A DNA stretch of 63,340 nucleotides, filler included, from Octopus bimaculoides (taxonomy: Eukaryota): assembly GCF_001194135.2 (NCBI RefSeq). It is 7 parts of 7 records of this genome, joined end to end, with 100 filler letters (N's around TTAATTAATTAA, not from the genome) between each part and the next. Parts side by side here need not be neighbours in the genome. Positions count along the whole stretch, not along the records: positions 46,105 to 58,785 come from NC_068984.1; positions 58,886 to 63,340 come from NC_069007.1; 5 more parts are not named here. The stretch is one strand, 5' to 3'. This document shows, one piece after another, positions 48,291 through 60,789 of the stretch (positions within the stretch are counted from its first letter, which is position 1; every line of letters begins with the position of its first letter). The notes under the pieces were generated by a model, which saw only the letters and a list, made by a program, of their open reading frames with translations, searched no databases and was not told where the DNA came from. Made by a program: the position numbers and the translations under genes.

Positions 48291-50611
48291 ATTTTTGATA
48301 CTATAAAATATTACAATTATTTTTTATCAAATGCTAACATTCGTGATATTTAAGTCACCATAACACAAAGGGAAATACAATAAAGCGATTATAACTTCAA
48401 TGTATAATATCGGTGTATGATCGTGGGAATTAGAATATTGTTTTCTCCATAGTGAGAAAAGTTTATAAGTACCAACACGATCAATATATAAATATATAAA
48501 TATATTTAAGTCACTTATATTCAAGAAACACTATTCAAGTGTGACGTTAACTGCTTAAGACCAAGGCTGGAAATAATAATTCAAAAAGTCAATATTTTTG
48601 AAGGCAGAGATGACATCAAGAAATACCATTAAGATATTCTACACCAGCGTAAGTTTGGTTCATTCTTCAACAAAATTAAAGTGTTCTTTGAATGTCGACA
48701 TAAAAATGAGTAGTTATTTGACTAATAATGAAAAATATTTTATATTGATATCATATTCGCGTTTATATTTTATAGAAATTAAGTACAAATTGTTTTAAAC
48801 TCTTATATGCAATGCTATTCACACACTTGAGTAACACAATGTAGTTGAAAGTCAATCGTAGCATATGAAGCATGCAGTCTCTGAAAGAGTTCTACACAAT
48901 GTAGGGCTTGTAGTTATGTATGCTACTTCTGCTACTTTTCATAATATATTACCTTTCAATTTGCTTCGGTTATGCATCTTAATGCAAACTATGAAATTTC
49001 ACAGTGGAAACAGTTGAACAAAATATTTAGTTAAAGAATGAAAAACAAAAACGAAAAAATCTTGGATGATCGGAGGGAAATAGGTGTTGCATATTTGGAT
49101 TTCTTAATTTATAAACTTGTAATTTGATGTGGTTTCAGGATAACAATTAGTTACTATATGGTAAACGATTTCTCAAAATCATGTAAACTTATATTATTTA
49201 TCATGCTACTGGTGAGCATAATACAGCAATGGTTAATTATGTAATGGCTAAGTCAGTGTCTAGGTATTTAATTCTGAAGCAATTTTCTCTCCTTATTCCA
49301 CTTCTTTTGGAAGATGAATGGAAAATATTTTACAATTCCATCCTTCTTGCTATAGATCATATAGGTGAAATGTTCAATACTATGTCGCTACAAATCGTAT
49401 GCTAAAATTGAAAGGGTTCATAAGATATGATTCGTCTATTTCATTTTCGGTTATGTTCAATCCATAGTTTTCCGATTTTTCTTTTAGTTTGCAATTTTAA
49501 CAACAATCTATTATTTCACCTTTCTTCACCGAGCCTATGAATCTTATAGGAAATAAATTTTTATTTGATTCATGATAAAATTTATGTAAACTAACACATA
49601 TACTTGGAGTCCTTTGAATTAAGGACCTCAAATATTTTGTCGAATATTTTGTGAACATAAATTTTCTAGAGATCAAATTTTATAAAATGTGTTTTAGAAG
49701 AAACTAGATATTGTAAAAATAAATATGAAACATTCATTTATTTCTCATTTTTCACTGCAAGTATTCAAATCAATTTAATTTTCAGATTTGTTATTGTGAC
49801 AAGAAAAAATTGGGGAATAAGATCTGTCGTAATATCTCCATCTTGTTTCTTTTACTTTTGATACTTTATTCCCTTTCTAATCACACTTTTTATGTCACCT
49901 ATGTGCAGTAAATTTCAGAAGACATTCACATACAAAGTGCTTTATGCAAAATATAGAGTTTATGCAGTTGCGTTAAGCATACTTTAAAATTGGATTTCTT
50001 TTCTTGTCTTTTCTACAATGACCTGTCTTATTAAAGAAAGCGAAAACCCCCAAATTATTCTGATTTCCTTTCTTAAAGAATTATCAAAAAATTATACGAA
50101 AAGAAAAACAAATTAAACAAATACTCTACTTTCAATAAAAAGGATTCCATGAAAGATATGGACAGAAATGTTACTTTCAAATGATACGGAACTGTATTTA
50201 ACGTGTAAAAAAAAAAAAAAAAAAAAAAAAATTAGAAAGGAGAGAGGATCATATCTATGGAAGACTACTGCATCGAGAATTAAGAGGTGACTTGATGCTA
50301 ACACGCTCAATCATTCTTTTAAGCTATTACACATCTGTATGTTTGCTGAAAATTTATATATATATCAGTTATGCAACTCAGAAGATATATAGCAAAAGGA
50401 ATTTGGTCAAAAATTAAAATATGTCATTGAGAAAATGTTGAAAGTGCTATGAACTTCTGAGCCTTAAAATTGACACTTAGCCATTAAACATTACGGACGG
50501 TTTCGCAAACTTGAACTTAAACACTCGTTTTTCCTGATTAAAAGAGTGAAATTACGGTATGAACACATTGCACGGACATTCTTCTGAAATGTGTGTGCGA
50601 GTGTGTGTGTG

Positions 50612-50653
<42 letters not shown>

Positions 50654-51049
50654 TGTGTGTGCGTGCGTGATGCGTGTGTGCGTGATGCGTGTGTTCGTGT
50701 GTAATTTGTAGAGGCAGCAAATATAACCTTTACATCACCGAGAAGTTACATATATTAATTTTCTCAGCGCATTTACTCATTATGAACAAAGAAACATTCT
50801 GTCTTCCTGCAAACTCAGTTTCAGGCTCCAACAACTCTCTCATACTCTGCAATCCCAATCTCAACATCCATTTAGTTTATAACATTTAAACCATGTACAA
50901 ACCGATAACTTAAATATAACAACGCAACAGTAACGAAAACAAAAAAGAAACCAACACACCAAATCCGCCACAAGAGACACCAAACCTCCTTCTTCTTAAC
51001 CCTACCCACCACGCATAACGAAACCACCAATCACTCGTGCTTATAGCTA

Positions 51050-51260
51050 CGTAACAAAACTCGCAAATACAACATAAATGCTCTACAATATACAAGGCTG
51101 CAATAATGCTGTAACAATGACTCCTATAAAGAACTTAAATTCACAAACCACCCACTAATTAATACAACTGATTGCAGCCCCAAATCACATGCTGCTGCTC
51201 AAGCTTATTCTTTTCTGTGAAATACAGAATGATGCTACAACACGTCATCCCAAAACGTTA
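51050..51260 (+). mobile_element. Possible CR1/L2-like LINE 3' fragment
   Basis: Degraded ...NDSYKELK...HPL...RIAAQ-like reading resembles the SYxERLxxLxLxPLxxRR region. Confidence 0.3.
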
Positions 51261-51363
51261 CATTGCACTTAAAGGACAATTGCAGCTTCAAGAGGTTGTG
51301 ATAACCTCAGTATTGTTGCGTTTTAAGTGTTCATATAATTCTATCTATTTATCTCTCTTCCTT

Positions 51364-51645
51364 GTGGAGGCGCAATGGCCCAGTGTAACCAGGGCAGCGG
51401 ACTCGCGGTCGGACGATCGCAGTTTCGATTCCCAGACCGAGCGTTGTGTGTGTTCATTGAGCGAAAACACCTAAAGCACCACGAGGATCCGGTAGGGGGT
51501 GGTGGCGATCCCTGTCGTACTCTTTCGCCCCAACTTTCTCTCACTCTTTCTTCCTGTTTCTTGAGTAAAAAGCTGCGATGGACTGGTGTCCCGTCCAGCT
51601 AGAGGGGAACACATACGCCATGGAAACCGGGAAACCGGCCCTATG
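51364..51645 (+). mobile_element. tRNA-derived SINE, family B, near full length
   Basis: GTGGAGGCGCAATGGCC...GTTTCGATTCCCAGACC...GATGGACTGGTGTCCCGTCCAG...GAAACCGGGAAACCGGCCCTATG. Confidence 0.85.
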
Positions 51646-52019
51646 CTCCACAAGGGGCTAAGAGGATTTCCATCTNNNNNNNNNNNNNNNNNNNNNNNNN
51701 NNNNNNNNNNNNNNNNNNNNNNNNNNNNNNNNNNNNNNNNNNNNNNNNNNNNNNNNNNNNNNNNNNNNNNNNNNNNNNNNNNNNNNNNNNNNNNNNNNNN
51801 NNNNNNNNNNNNNNNNNNNNNNNNNNNNNNNNNNNNNNNNNNNNNNNNNNNNNNNNNNNNNNNNNNNNNNNNNNNNNNNNNNNNNNNNNNNNNNNNNNNN
51901 NNNNNNNNNNNNNNNNNNNNNNNNNNNNNNNNNNNNNNNNNNNNNNNNNNNNNNNNNNNNNNNNNNNNNNNNNNNNNNNNNNNNNNNNNNNNNNNNNNNN
52001 NNNNNNNNNNNNNNNNNNN

Positions 52020-52294
52020 CCTTCTTCGGTAAATAATTTATAATCATAAATATATAGGGATTGACAGTAACCTGTTTCTCCAACATACTGAGAATTCAGA
52101 AATAGCAGTCAAAGAACTGATTTCAAAACTACAAATTATTACTCCAGATTGATAGCTATCAATCTGGAGTAATAATTTGTAGTTTTGAAATCAGTAGTTC
52201 TTTGACTGCTATTTCTGAATTCTCAGTATGTTGGAGAAACAGGTTACTGTCAATCCCTATATATTTATGATTATAAATTATTTACCGAAGAAGG
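52020..52294. repeat. Near-perfect spacerless palindrome (136/139-bp arms)
   Basis: Centred on GATTGATAG|CTATCAATC; the arms differ only by a 3-bp indel. Confidence 0.95.
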
Positions 52295-53329
52295 TTTTTT
52301 TCATACTGAGCTACCCGGCAGAAATTGTTAATTATTAATTTTATTACTAATTGATGATTCCCTGCCCTGCATATCTATACATACATATATATATAGATTC
52401 AAATGAATTAGGTACTTCAGTTGAGGTACCCGAATTTAGTACGGTTTTATCCATACAGTTTCAAAATAAGGTGATTAAAATCAAAATAAGCAACATGATA
52501 TCCAGAGGTAATGCAGTACGATCGTTTCAAGCGACTCCATTTAATTGAACAACGCAACCATTACATCAATTTAAATGCAAAGAAATCCTCAGCTGCATAA
52601 ATACATACATATATATATATATATATATATGTGTGCGTGTGTGCGTGTGTGTGTACATATATAGATATATAAATATATATGAATGTATATACATATATAG
52701 ATATATATATATCTGTATATATTTGTATATGCATATATAGATATATATATATATCTCAATTTATTGTGATATTTGAGAACCTTCTATATTGTGTCTCAAT
52801 TATAATTAAGGAAACACCGCAGATCTGGTTAACAATCATCATATTCTACTCCCTTCCAATATCTCAATAGTGAAAAAGGCAACCATTAATAGCTTATTTT
52901 CTCAAGTTTAATTTATCCTTTCCTTAATGACCTACAACACAGCTTTCTTAAGACCGCATCTACTGGAGACCTACTTTCATGTCACTCACGAATAGGCTCT
53001 CACCCACCAATTATATATCTCGCAGACCTAGTAAAACTGCCTGTCTTTCGACTTTGGATCAGTAGCCTCCTCTCAGATCCTGCTACCGTGTACTGATGGA
53101 GTGCTTTCTTTGACGTATACTCCATCAATTCTGGCATTCTGCAGGTTTCAGTTTTGTCTCCGCAATATTCTTTCTACACATTACGTTAAATCGGTACAGT
53201 TTTTGTTTATAGAAACTTGTCAAAGATCCTCCAACTGAACCATACCTGTTGTATCTCTTTCAGCAGCCCAAAGGCACTTTTACTACATTTAGCCATTAAA
53301 CATTATCGACTGTTTCTTAAACTTGAACT

Positions 53330-53920
53330 TAAACAAGCCTCCTTAATGTCGTTAAAAATACCAGGCCTTTCCATCACTAATGTTCTTTCTTGGCAAATGC
53401 ACAACCTCAAAAAATCCAAAGATGTATTAAAAGATCCACCTTACTTTTCTTGAGGCTCAATACAATTTAGTCTCCAACAATTACTAAATCTCTCTATAAA
53501 GCTAGTGAGACCCATCACGAAGTATAGCATGCATATCTGGGATAGTGCTGCTGTTATACACAGTTATCCTAGACTGTATTAAGAAAGGTTATTTCATTGA
53601 TTGGCGTGAAGTTGCCCACAATCACATTCCTATCTTTTGCCTATATAAATATTATCTCCTCTTTTGTATCGTTACAATTGTGGCCACTGCTCTTCAGAGC
53701 TAGCTCGTCTTTCTACTTCGCTACTCAGGCATTCCCAACTCACTTGCCTATTATCGTCTCGTTACCTATATTGTATCTACCGTCAGACCCTGCACAAACT
53801 AACTACTAAGTCCAGTTCTTTCTCCCTAGAACTTCGGCATTCTGGAATTCTGTCCCTGTACGGATCTCTCCCCACAGCTCTCTACTTGTAACAGTTCAAG
53901 AGGAACGTAAACTGCATCTA
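53330..53920 (+). mobile_element. CR1/Jockey-group LINE, RT C-terminal fragment
   Basis: LKIPGLSITNVLSWQMH...VRPI-EYSMHIW...YRYNCGHCSSEL...SSFFPRTSAFWNSVP. A short shared piece also lies at about 50478-50525. Confidence 0.65.
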
Positions 53921-56900
53921 TCTACGTCTATCTATCAGGTTGGGAAAGCCTGCGAGACATTGGCTATTGCTCTTTCATTAAGATAAAACGCTCAATAAAT
54001 ACTAGTAATACAATCTTTGTTGAGGAGGTCTAATCATACAGTCTTGCCCATCGTGGAAGATTCCTTTCTTATCGTCTAAATACTGTCGGATATGAAACTA
54101 TCAGTTACGATAAATTAATCTATACACTGTAAATTCCTTTACAATATGTATGTGTGCTTTATTCTCTTTCATATATCTATATGTAAACACACACACAAAA
54201 AATATACACACATTTTCAAACCCATTATTCACATTTACACACAAGTACACAGAAATGCATCATTATCTTCGTTTTCAATTTAATCTTATTTTGGCTAAGT
54301 TTCCTTATTTATTCAGAACATGGTTATGAAAAATATATAATTTAATGAACAAGCATCAAAATTAACCATTCCTACTATATTACATTATCTACGTATAATA
54401 AAATTATTACTTCATCAAACTGGCCAATTCCAATTAGATTTCTATTCAGAAGGTCAGAGAAAGAGACAATAGAGTGTAAAAGGGCTTATATCTAAATTAA
54501 AACATTTGACAGTGTCAAGACTGAGTGCTATTGATCACATTGTGTCATATCAGTAACAGTAACGCCATCCTTCTACAACACAATCTTATCTACTTACCGA
54601 GCAGATACACAAACTCTAAGTCAGCTCTATCTCTTAATCATTTCAATTTATTCCATTATTAATTTCCTTTTCAGCCAAACTGGCTGCTCTGAAGACAAGT
54701 CTTTCTCGTAAGAATATTCCCATTAAGTTGTTTCAATGACAACACAGCAGTTTGTTAATTCTACTCGTACTATCTTTCGATTGTATTGTTGTCACGTCAA
54801 AATTATGGTAGCTTACCGTGTTATGATAAACTTTCAATATGAATAAAAAAGAGTCGACAAAGAATGAATAAATAAATATACTGTTTTATAATGTCATTGT
54901 AGTCTAATCAGTAAGGTATTGCCCTCGTGGGAATAGAATATTTTCCCTTGTTGAGAGGAGAATTGAATGACGCCTATCTTGCTGCTACCAGAATATGTAG
55001 TCATTATTTTTGAAATTATATTGGATGAGTTGGTCGAATGCGTGATGATATTGTCTGTAATATGAATGACCAAAACACTTTGAGCAGAAAAGAGCAGTGG
55101 GTTGCTAGCAGAATGAAGCCAGAGTAGAGATAGTGATAGGCAGACGTAAGTAAAGATGATTAGATCTGTCGTTTGGGAAATGCTGGAAAGCAGTGGCCGG
55201 TGATATACTGTTGACTAAATTGATGCAGCTATGGCAGCATGACGTAAATGCGTTTTAAACTACTAATACTGATGATGACGATGATGATGATGATGATGAT
55301 GATGATAAGTGCTGTGTTTACGAAGTGAATCTAATCCATAATCCAACCAAGCTCCTGAAATGGAATAAGTCAGTGTGGAGTGAAGAAAAGAAAATTACTG
55401 ATGTTTCAAACAGAATTGTACTTCTCTCTATGAAAAGAAGCATATATTTTACTTAGGAGAACCATCCAACTTATCTATCTATGAAAGCATGAAAAAATAT
55501 ATGATCCTTGTGATTTCTTTTCTTTTTTGCACATTTGCTTAATCTTTTCAGCTTAATGTCTTATTAATAGCATGCTATGAACAAATCTTACATAGGCATT
55601 GCTCCTCAGATTTAAAGGAAAAGATAAATGCGAGGATGAGATCCTTATAAAGTAATATTAACATTTATGGAGTTCAGAGAGAGATGGTTTTTCGGAAATT
55701 GCAAACTACTTTACTTATATCTCTTAACAAATACTATTTAAGCTAATTTTGTCTTTCATTATCAAATACTATTTAAGCTAATTTTGTCTTTCATTATCAA
55801 AGCTCTGATTAAATGTGTAGCAGTCAAGTGCTGCAACTAATTAAATCGATTATAATCGTTTCTCACCGTTATAGAATTGTTTGAAATAATTATTAGATGG
55901 TTCTAACTACTATTCAAAACTATTGCATTTTTATGCGTTAATAAAAATTAACTTACACAATGCAATGTTTGAAGTAACTTAATTTGTAAGTTCTGTTGTT
56001 AAGAAAAAGAACACATGTTTAATTTCAGTTGGAAGAAAGGAATTATTATTACTGGATTTGAACTCCAAAACTAATATTCAAAACTTTAGCATTTTAAATG
56101 TAAAATATTGGAGGCTTTACCACAGTAATGCAGTTTGTGATAAAAATGCAACAATCAGCTTCATAGAACACTTAAGTACTGACTTCACCAACATAATCAC
56201 AGTTGTTAGTTGTCTGTATATGCCCTTCCTAAGAATTCCATCTTTTGTACTGGAAACTTTGTGTTAGACCATGCATTGCAGAGTATGTTCTCCAAGCTCT
56301 CTCTGAACTACACTTTACTTGGATACCCTCAAGTTTGGTTTTCTTCACGATGTTTCATGCTGCATGTTGATAAGCTTCTAGCAGTAACCTTTTAAAGTAT
56401 ATATTCTAATAACACCCGCACACACCATTTGAATGCAATCGAGGCACAGTATTGAATTTAAACTGATTGTATGAAGTGGCATCCCAGAAACACCGTTAAA
56501 TAAAAACATGTCAAATTAGTCTCCTTTCACAGCACCAAGGCAGGACTGAACCAATGCAGATGTCAAAGAAAGTGCTTAGTATTTCATTTCCTTATTGTTG
56601 CTCGACTTCAGCAACCTTTAAAATCATTGGCCCTCTACCAAAGATAAAGTAAAATCTACATCAGAGTATCGATCATAAATGAGAGTGTGTGCTGCTTCGA
56701 AACGCATATATATACGCACAGTCACATTCTAGAGGGCACCCAAATGTCACCATATCTCGGATGCATATATTTTGCAAACAATTCAGGAAAATTCTGAGAT
56801 TTTTAAACGGCGCCCAAAATCAGTCAATTCATTTCTTTGAATATCCTTCACTACATTCTAACTTGTCATGATCAATTAAAAATCAACACTCTGCACATCT

Positions 56901-57488
56901 AAAGATTTAATATTAATGTTGGTTGTCAAGGACCACGATATCTTTATTTAACCAACGTTACATTACTTTCAATGAGCGAGAAAATGCCTTATTCCAAATA
57001 ACTGTTGATGAAAATAAAACTTAAAATATACCATTCTCTTAATTTCTACCCACAAGGTAAGTTTAGATCGCCTATTCATATGACAAATTCTCTGAACAAT
57101 ATCCATATATACTTTGTCGCTTAACTGGATATTATTCAATGGCCAACACTCTAAAGTCACTCATTGACCTTCAATCTCTTTTCTAAGTCTCGTTCGTTGT
57201 ACTATAAGTGTCATTTCATCTAAGTTGCTAGTTACCATTGTCGCTTACATTCGTAATTCCTCTTTACATACCCCCATACTATTTCAAGCTTTAGATAAAA
57301 AATCTTTGCTAAATCCTTATTCTCTGGCAGCACAGTATTAGAAATCTTTTTCTGTCTTTTGGCTAATGTTTTCCATTCAGTCATTAAAATGAAAGAAATT
57401 AAACTGATTACTTTTTTTTAAGAAACGGTATTTAGAAACATACTTGCATGCGCATGTACATACACACACGATCATACACATGCATACA

Positions 57489-57519
<31 letters not shown>

Positions 57520-58299
57520 GAGTGATTAGTTGCTTTTTGTACCACACAACGCAATAAGAGCATAAACGAAGCAGCACTGAATACCCAATATTTATTCAGT
57601 GTTGAACAGATTTGGAAAACATCTTTGCTTCTTACATTTAACTGTCGGCATCAGATTTCAGTTACTTATGAAGGTATCAGCCAGCAATGACGTTATTTAG
57701 TTTATAGATACAGATCAACCAACATTGATATTTATAGTATCGAAGTGTGTAATGTTTTACAAGTAATGAACTTCTTACTCTATTACGCTTATACTTCTGA
57801 ATGTTGTGTTGATTATCATGTGTTCATTTATCGCTTTGTAAGCTGGAGATATCACAGACAGACATCATGCAAACCCAAGCAGATAAAACAGGATTATTTA
57901 GCTTTAACGTTATTCAATAAACATTTCCTTATGTTTTCCCTATCGACCATTCAGTCCTTGAGTTTTCGACTTAAAGCTTAATACCTTCTTGGTTATTAAA
58001 CTTCGTTGTTTGTAGGTTTGTGCTTTTTTTTCCTATTAACTCCAGGCCAACTCTATGAATCAAAACTGTTCAAGCCATTATCTTTCCATCAATTTTTAAG
58101 CATAATGTACGAGAGACTACATTATTCTGGTTGCGCATGAGTTGCAAGTTATTCATCTGCTATTTCCACCAAGTCGATTGAACGCGTTGAGTTTCGCTCC
58201 TTCATTGACTTGATATAATTTTGGTAGTAGACAGTATGTGTGAGTGAGTGTGAAGGGAAAAGCGGAAATGCAAGAATAGGAGTTCTTCATCCATCAAGC

Positions 58300-58500
58300 G
58301 ACGAATTAGTGAATTGGTGAATTGGTAGAATACTTAGGGAGTAACGTGCTTTATAGCAATTCTTCCGGCAATTTGCATTCTTAGTTCAAATCTCGCACTG
58401 ATCAACTTTGCGTTTCATTCCTCCGAGGTTAATAAAATAAAATATCATTCAAGAAGTGGAGTTGATATAATCCGCTGTTTCTCACTTCTACAAAACGTTT
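58300..58500 (+). mobile_element. Diverged SINE family C
   Basis: AGTTCAAATCTCGC...CAACTTTGCGTTTCATTCC...GATATAATC...GAACTTTG. Confidence 0.55.
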
Positions 58501-58742
58501 TGAACTTTGTTTCTAATTTAGAAACATTTGAGAACCATCGATTTGCTGAACAGTAGAGCACCGGAGAAAATGCTTTGCGGTGTATGTTCTGGCTTTCTAT
58601 ATCCTGAGTTTAACTGTCTAATTTTCCCTTTCACCCATCTGGGGTCGATTAAGTATCGACCACAGCCGGTGTATTTGTCTATGTTAGAAACAGCTATTTC
58701 CTTCATACATGTATATGACTGCATTCATTATATATATATGTA

Positions 58743-58785
<43 letters not shown>

Positions 58786-59029
58786 NNNNNNNNNNNNNNN
58801 NNNNNNNNNNNNNNNNNNNNNNNNNNNNNTTAATTAATTAANNNNNNNNNNNNNNNNNNNNNNNNNNNNNNNNNNNNNNNNNNNNATATATATATATATT
58901 CTTGATCACAACTGTCCGACGAATGGAAACGTGAAGCTCTGAGTAGCAGCTTTCTGTGATATTTTTGTGATGTTTTTGCAGCTTTAATAATAAATTTAAT
59001 AGAGTACACCCTACATGATGTACGCTGTA

Positions 59030-60215
59030 TTGTAGCACGTGTAGAAGTACAATACATCGAGTTCCATGTGGTACAGTACAACACATAAAATATATAACAC
59101 AACATGTAGCAGAATACAACGTCAAACGCAAGGACAGTATTCCATACAAAATACTGTGTTGTACAACATGCAACATGCAACATAGTGCACCACATATGTT
59201 GCCTTGCATATCACACAACATGTAGTATTAAATAGTACATATATGAAATAGTATATTTGGTACAATATAGCACATGTAGTCGCATTGTACACTGTACCAC
59301 ATGTAGTGCTTGGTTAAAATGAAAAATGGTGTATACAATAGATGCCATGTTGTAAGGGATATTGTACAACATGTAGCACGTCATACAACACAATATGTAA
59401 CACAGTGTTTCATATATGCAGCATAGCACGCCGAAGGACATGTGGTTGGAGCATATTTGATCATGGATCTGCACTGCCAGAGCTGACCAAGGGCTAAACA
59501 ATAACGGCGGACAAAACGATGTGCTACATTCACTGCATGGTGATACATCTACAGCATACTGCTACATGTATTATACATGTCACGTAATATATTATATAAT
59601 GCTACATTCAATACATAATGCTACATGTTCGAAATTATGCTACATGCCCTATACAATGCTACATTAGTTACACAATGTCACATGGTTTATATTAATCCAC
59701 ATTGATTGAACATATGATACATAATGCTACATTCATTACATTAATTATGCTACATTAACTGCATAATATTACATTCATTAAACATTACAAACATGTATTA
59801 AATTTAAGACACATTCACTACGCTGTGCTACATGTGCCAAATCATAATACATGTACCGAAATATGAAAAAAAGTATTAAATTATGCTACATTTGACAAAT
59901 TGTTCTACATGTGTCAAATCATGCTACGTATTCTACATAATGCTACATCCACTAAACTGTGCTAAATGTGCTAAAATTATGCTATATGTGATACATAACG
60001 CTACATTCAATGCTACATTCACTGCACAATGTTATATTCTTTACACAATGCAACAAGTATTAAGTTATCCTACATTCACTGTATAAATTATGCCACATGC
60101 ACTGCTTAATTCTACATTCGCTATATAATACTACAAGTACTAAATTATATTACAATCCAGACACTGTGCTACATGCACAATACAATACGATGTTACATGT
60201 AGACGAGAATGCTAC
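59030..60215. repeat. Degenerate foldback-like repeat: ACATGTAG(C)A modules on the left, TGCTACAT modules on the right
   Basis: At least five ACATGTAGyr copies in 59100-59380 and more than ten TGCTACAT-type copies in 59520-60210. Confidence 0.65.
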
Positions 60216-60375
60216 ACGAGACACACGTGTTCTGCGATATAAATGGCAGAAACAAAAGTGCGGAAGGAAACAAAACGCCAGAAAGAACACCGAAGTAACG
60301 AAATAAAATGAAAGATAAAAATAACTACATAAGGTACATGTAAATAAATATGTAAATAAATGAGAAATTACTTAC

Positions 60376-60755
60376 GTTTTTCGGCGATGATAATCATTCG
60401 TTCTGGGAAGCTGAGTTCATAATCATCAGGTAGATTTTTCCATTGCGGTTCATCGCGTTGCATAGACATATTGTCAATGAGTTGACGTAAAACCGGAACT
60501 TGCGATATTCGCTGTCTTGCAGTGACGTTCGGAAATTCAGTCATACCAATCTGTTTCAAGATTTGTATTTTAAGCTTCTTTAATCTCAATTCTTTATCGA
60601 TTCTCTTCATGTTGCAGATATGGCAAGCTGTGCCTGATCTCGAAGAATGCTGGTACGAGTGGTTGCCGAAACGTCTACCGTTCTGTTTTTGCTTTCCAGT
60701 TGAATTTTTACTCCTGAAACTGTTCCCGTGTCGGTTTCTATTATTATTATTATTA

Positions 60756-60789
<34 letters not shown>

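Noticed and set aside
55727-55800. Small tandem duplications (35 bp here; 18 bp near 2930; 18 bp near 30870; near 38000)
   Set aside because: Two copies each with no spacers; ordinary slippage, not CRISPR-like.
57745-57981. ORF containing ECCVDY...VSW, superficially like a TGF-beta mature domain start
   Set aside because: Wrong strand for the myostatin gene and lacks the remaining cysteine pattern.
19485-58841. Six identical TTAATTAATTAA islands that could look like a regularly repeated motif
   Set aside because: Always centred in N runs; assembly linker, not biology.
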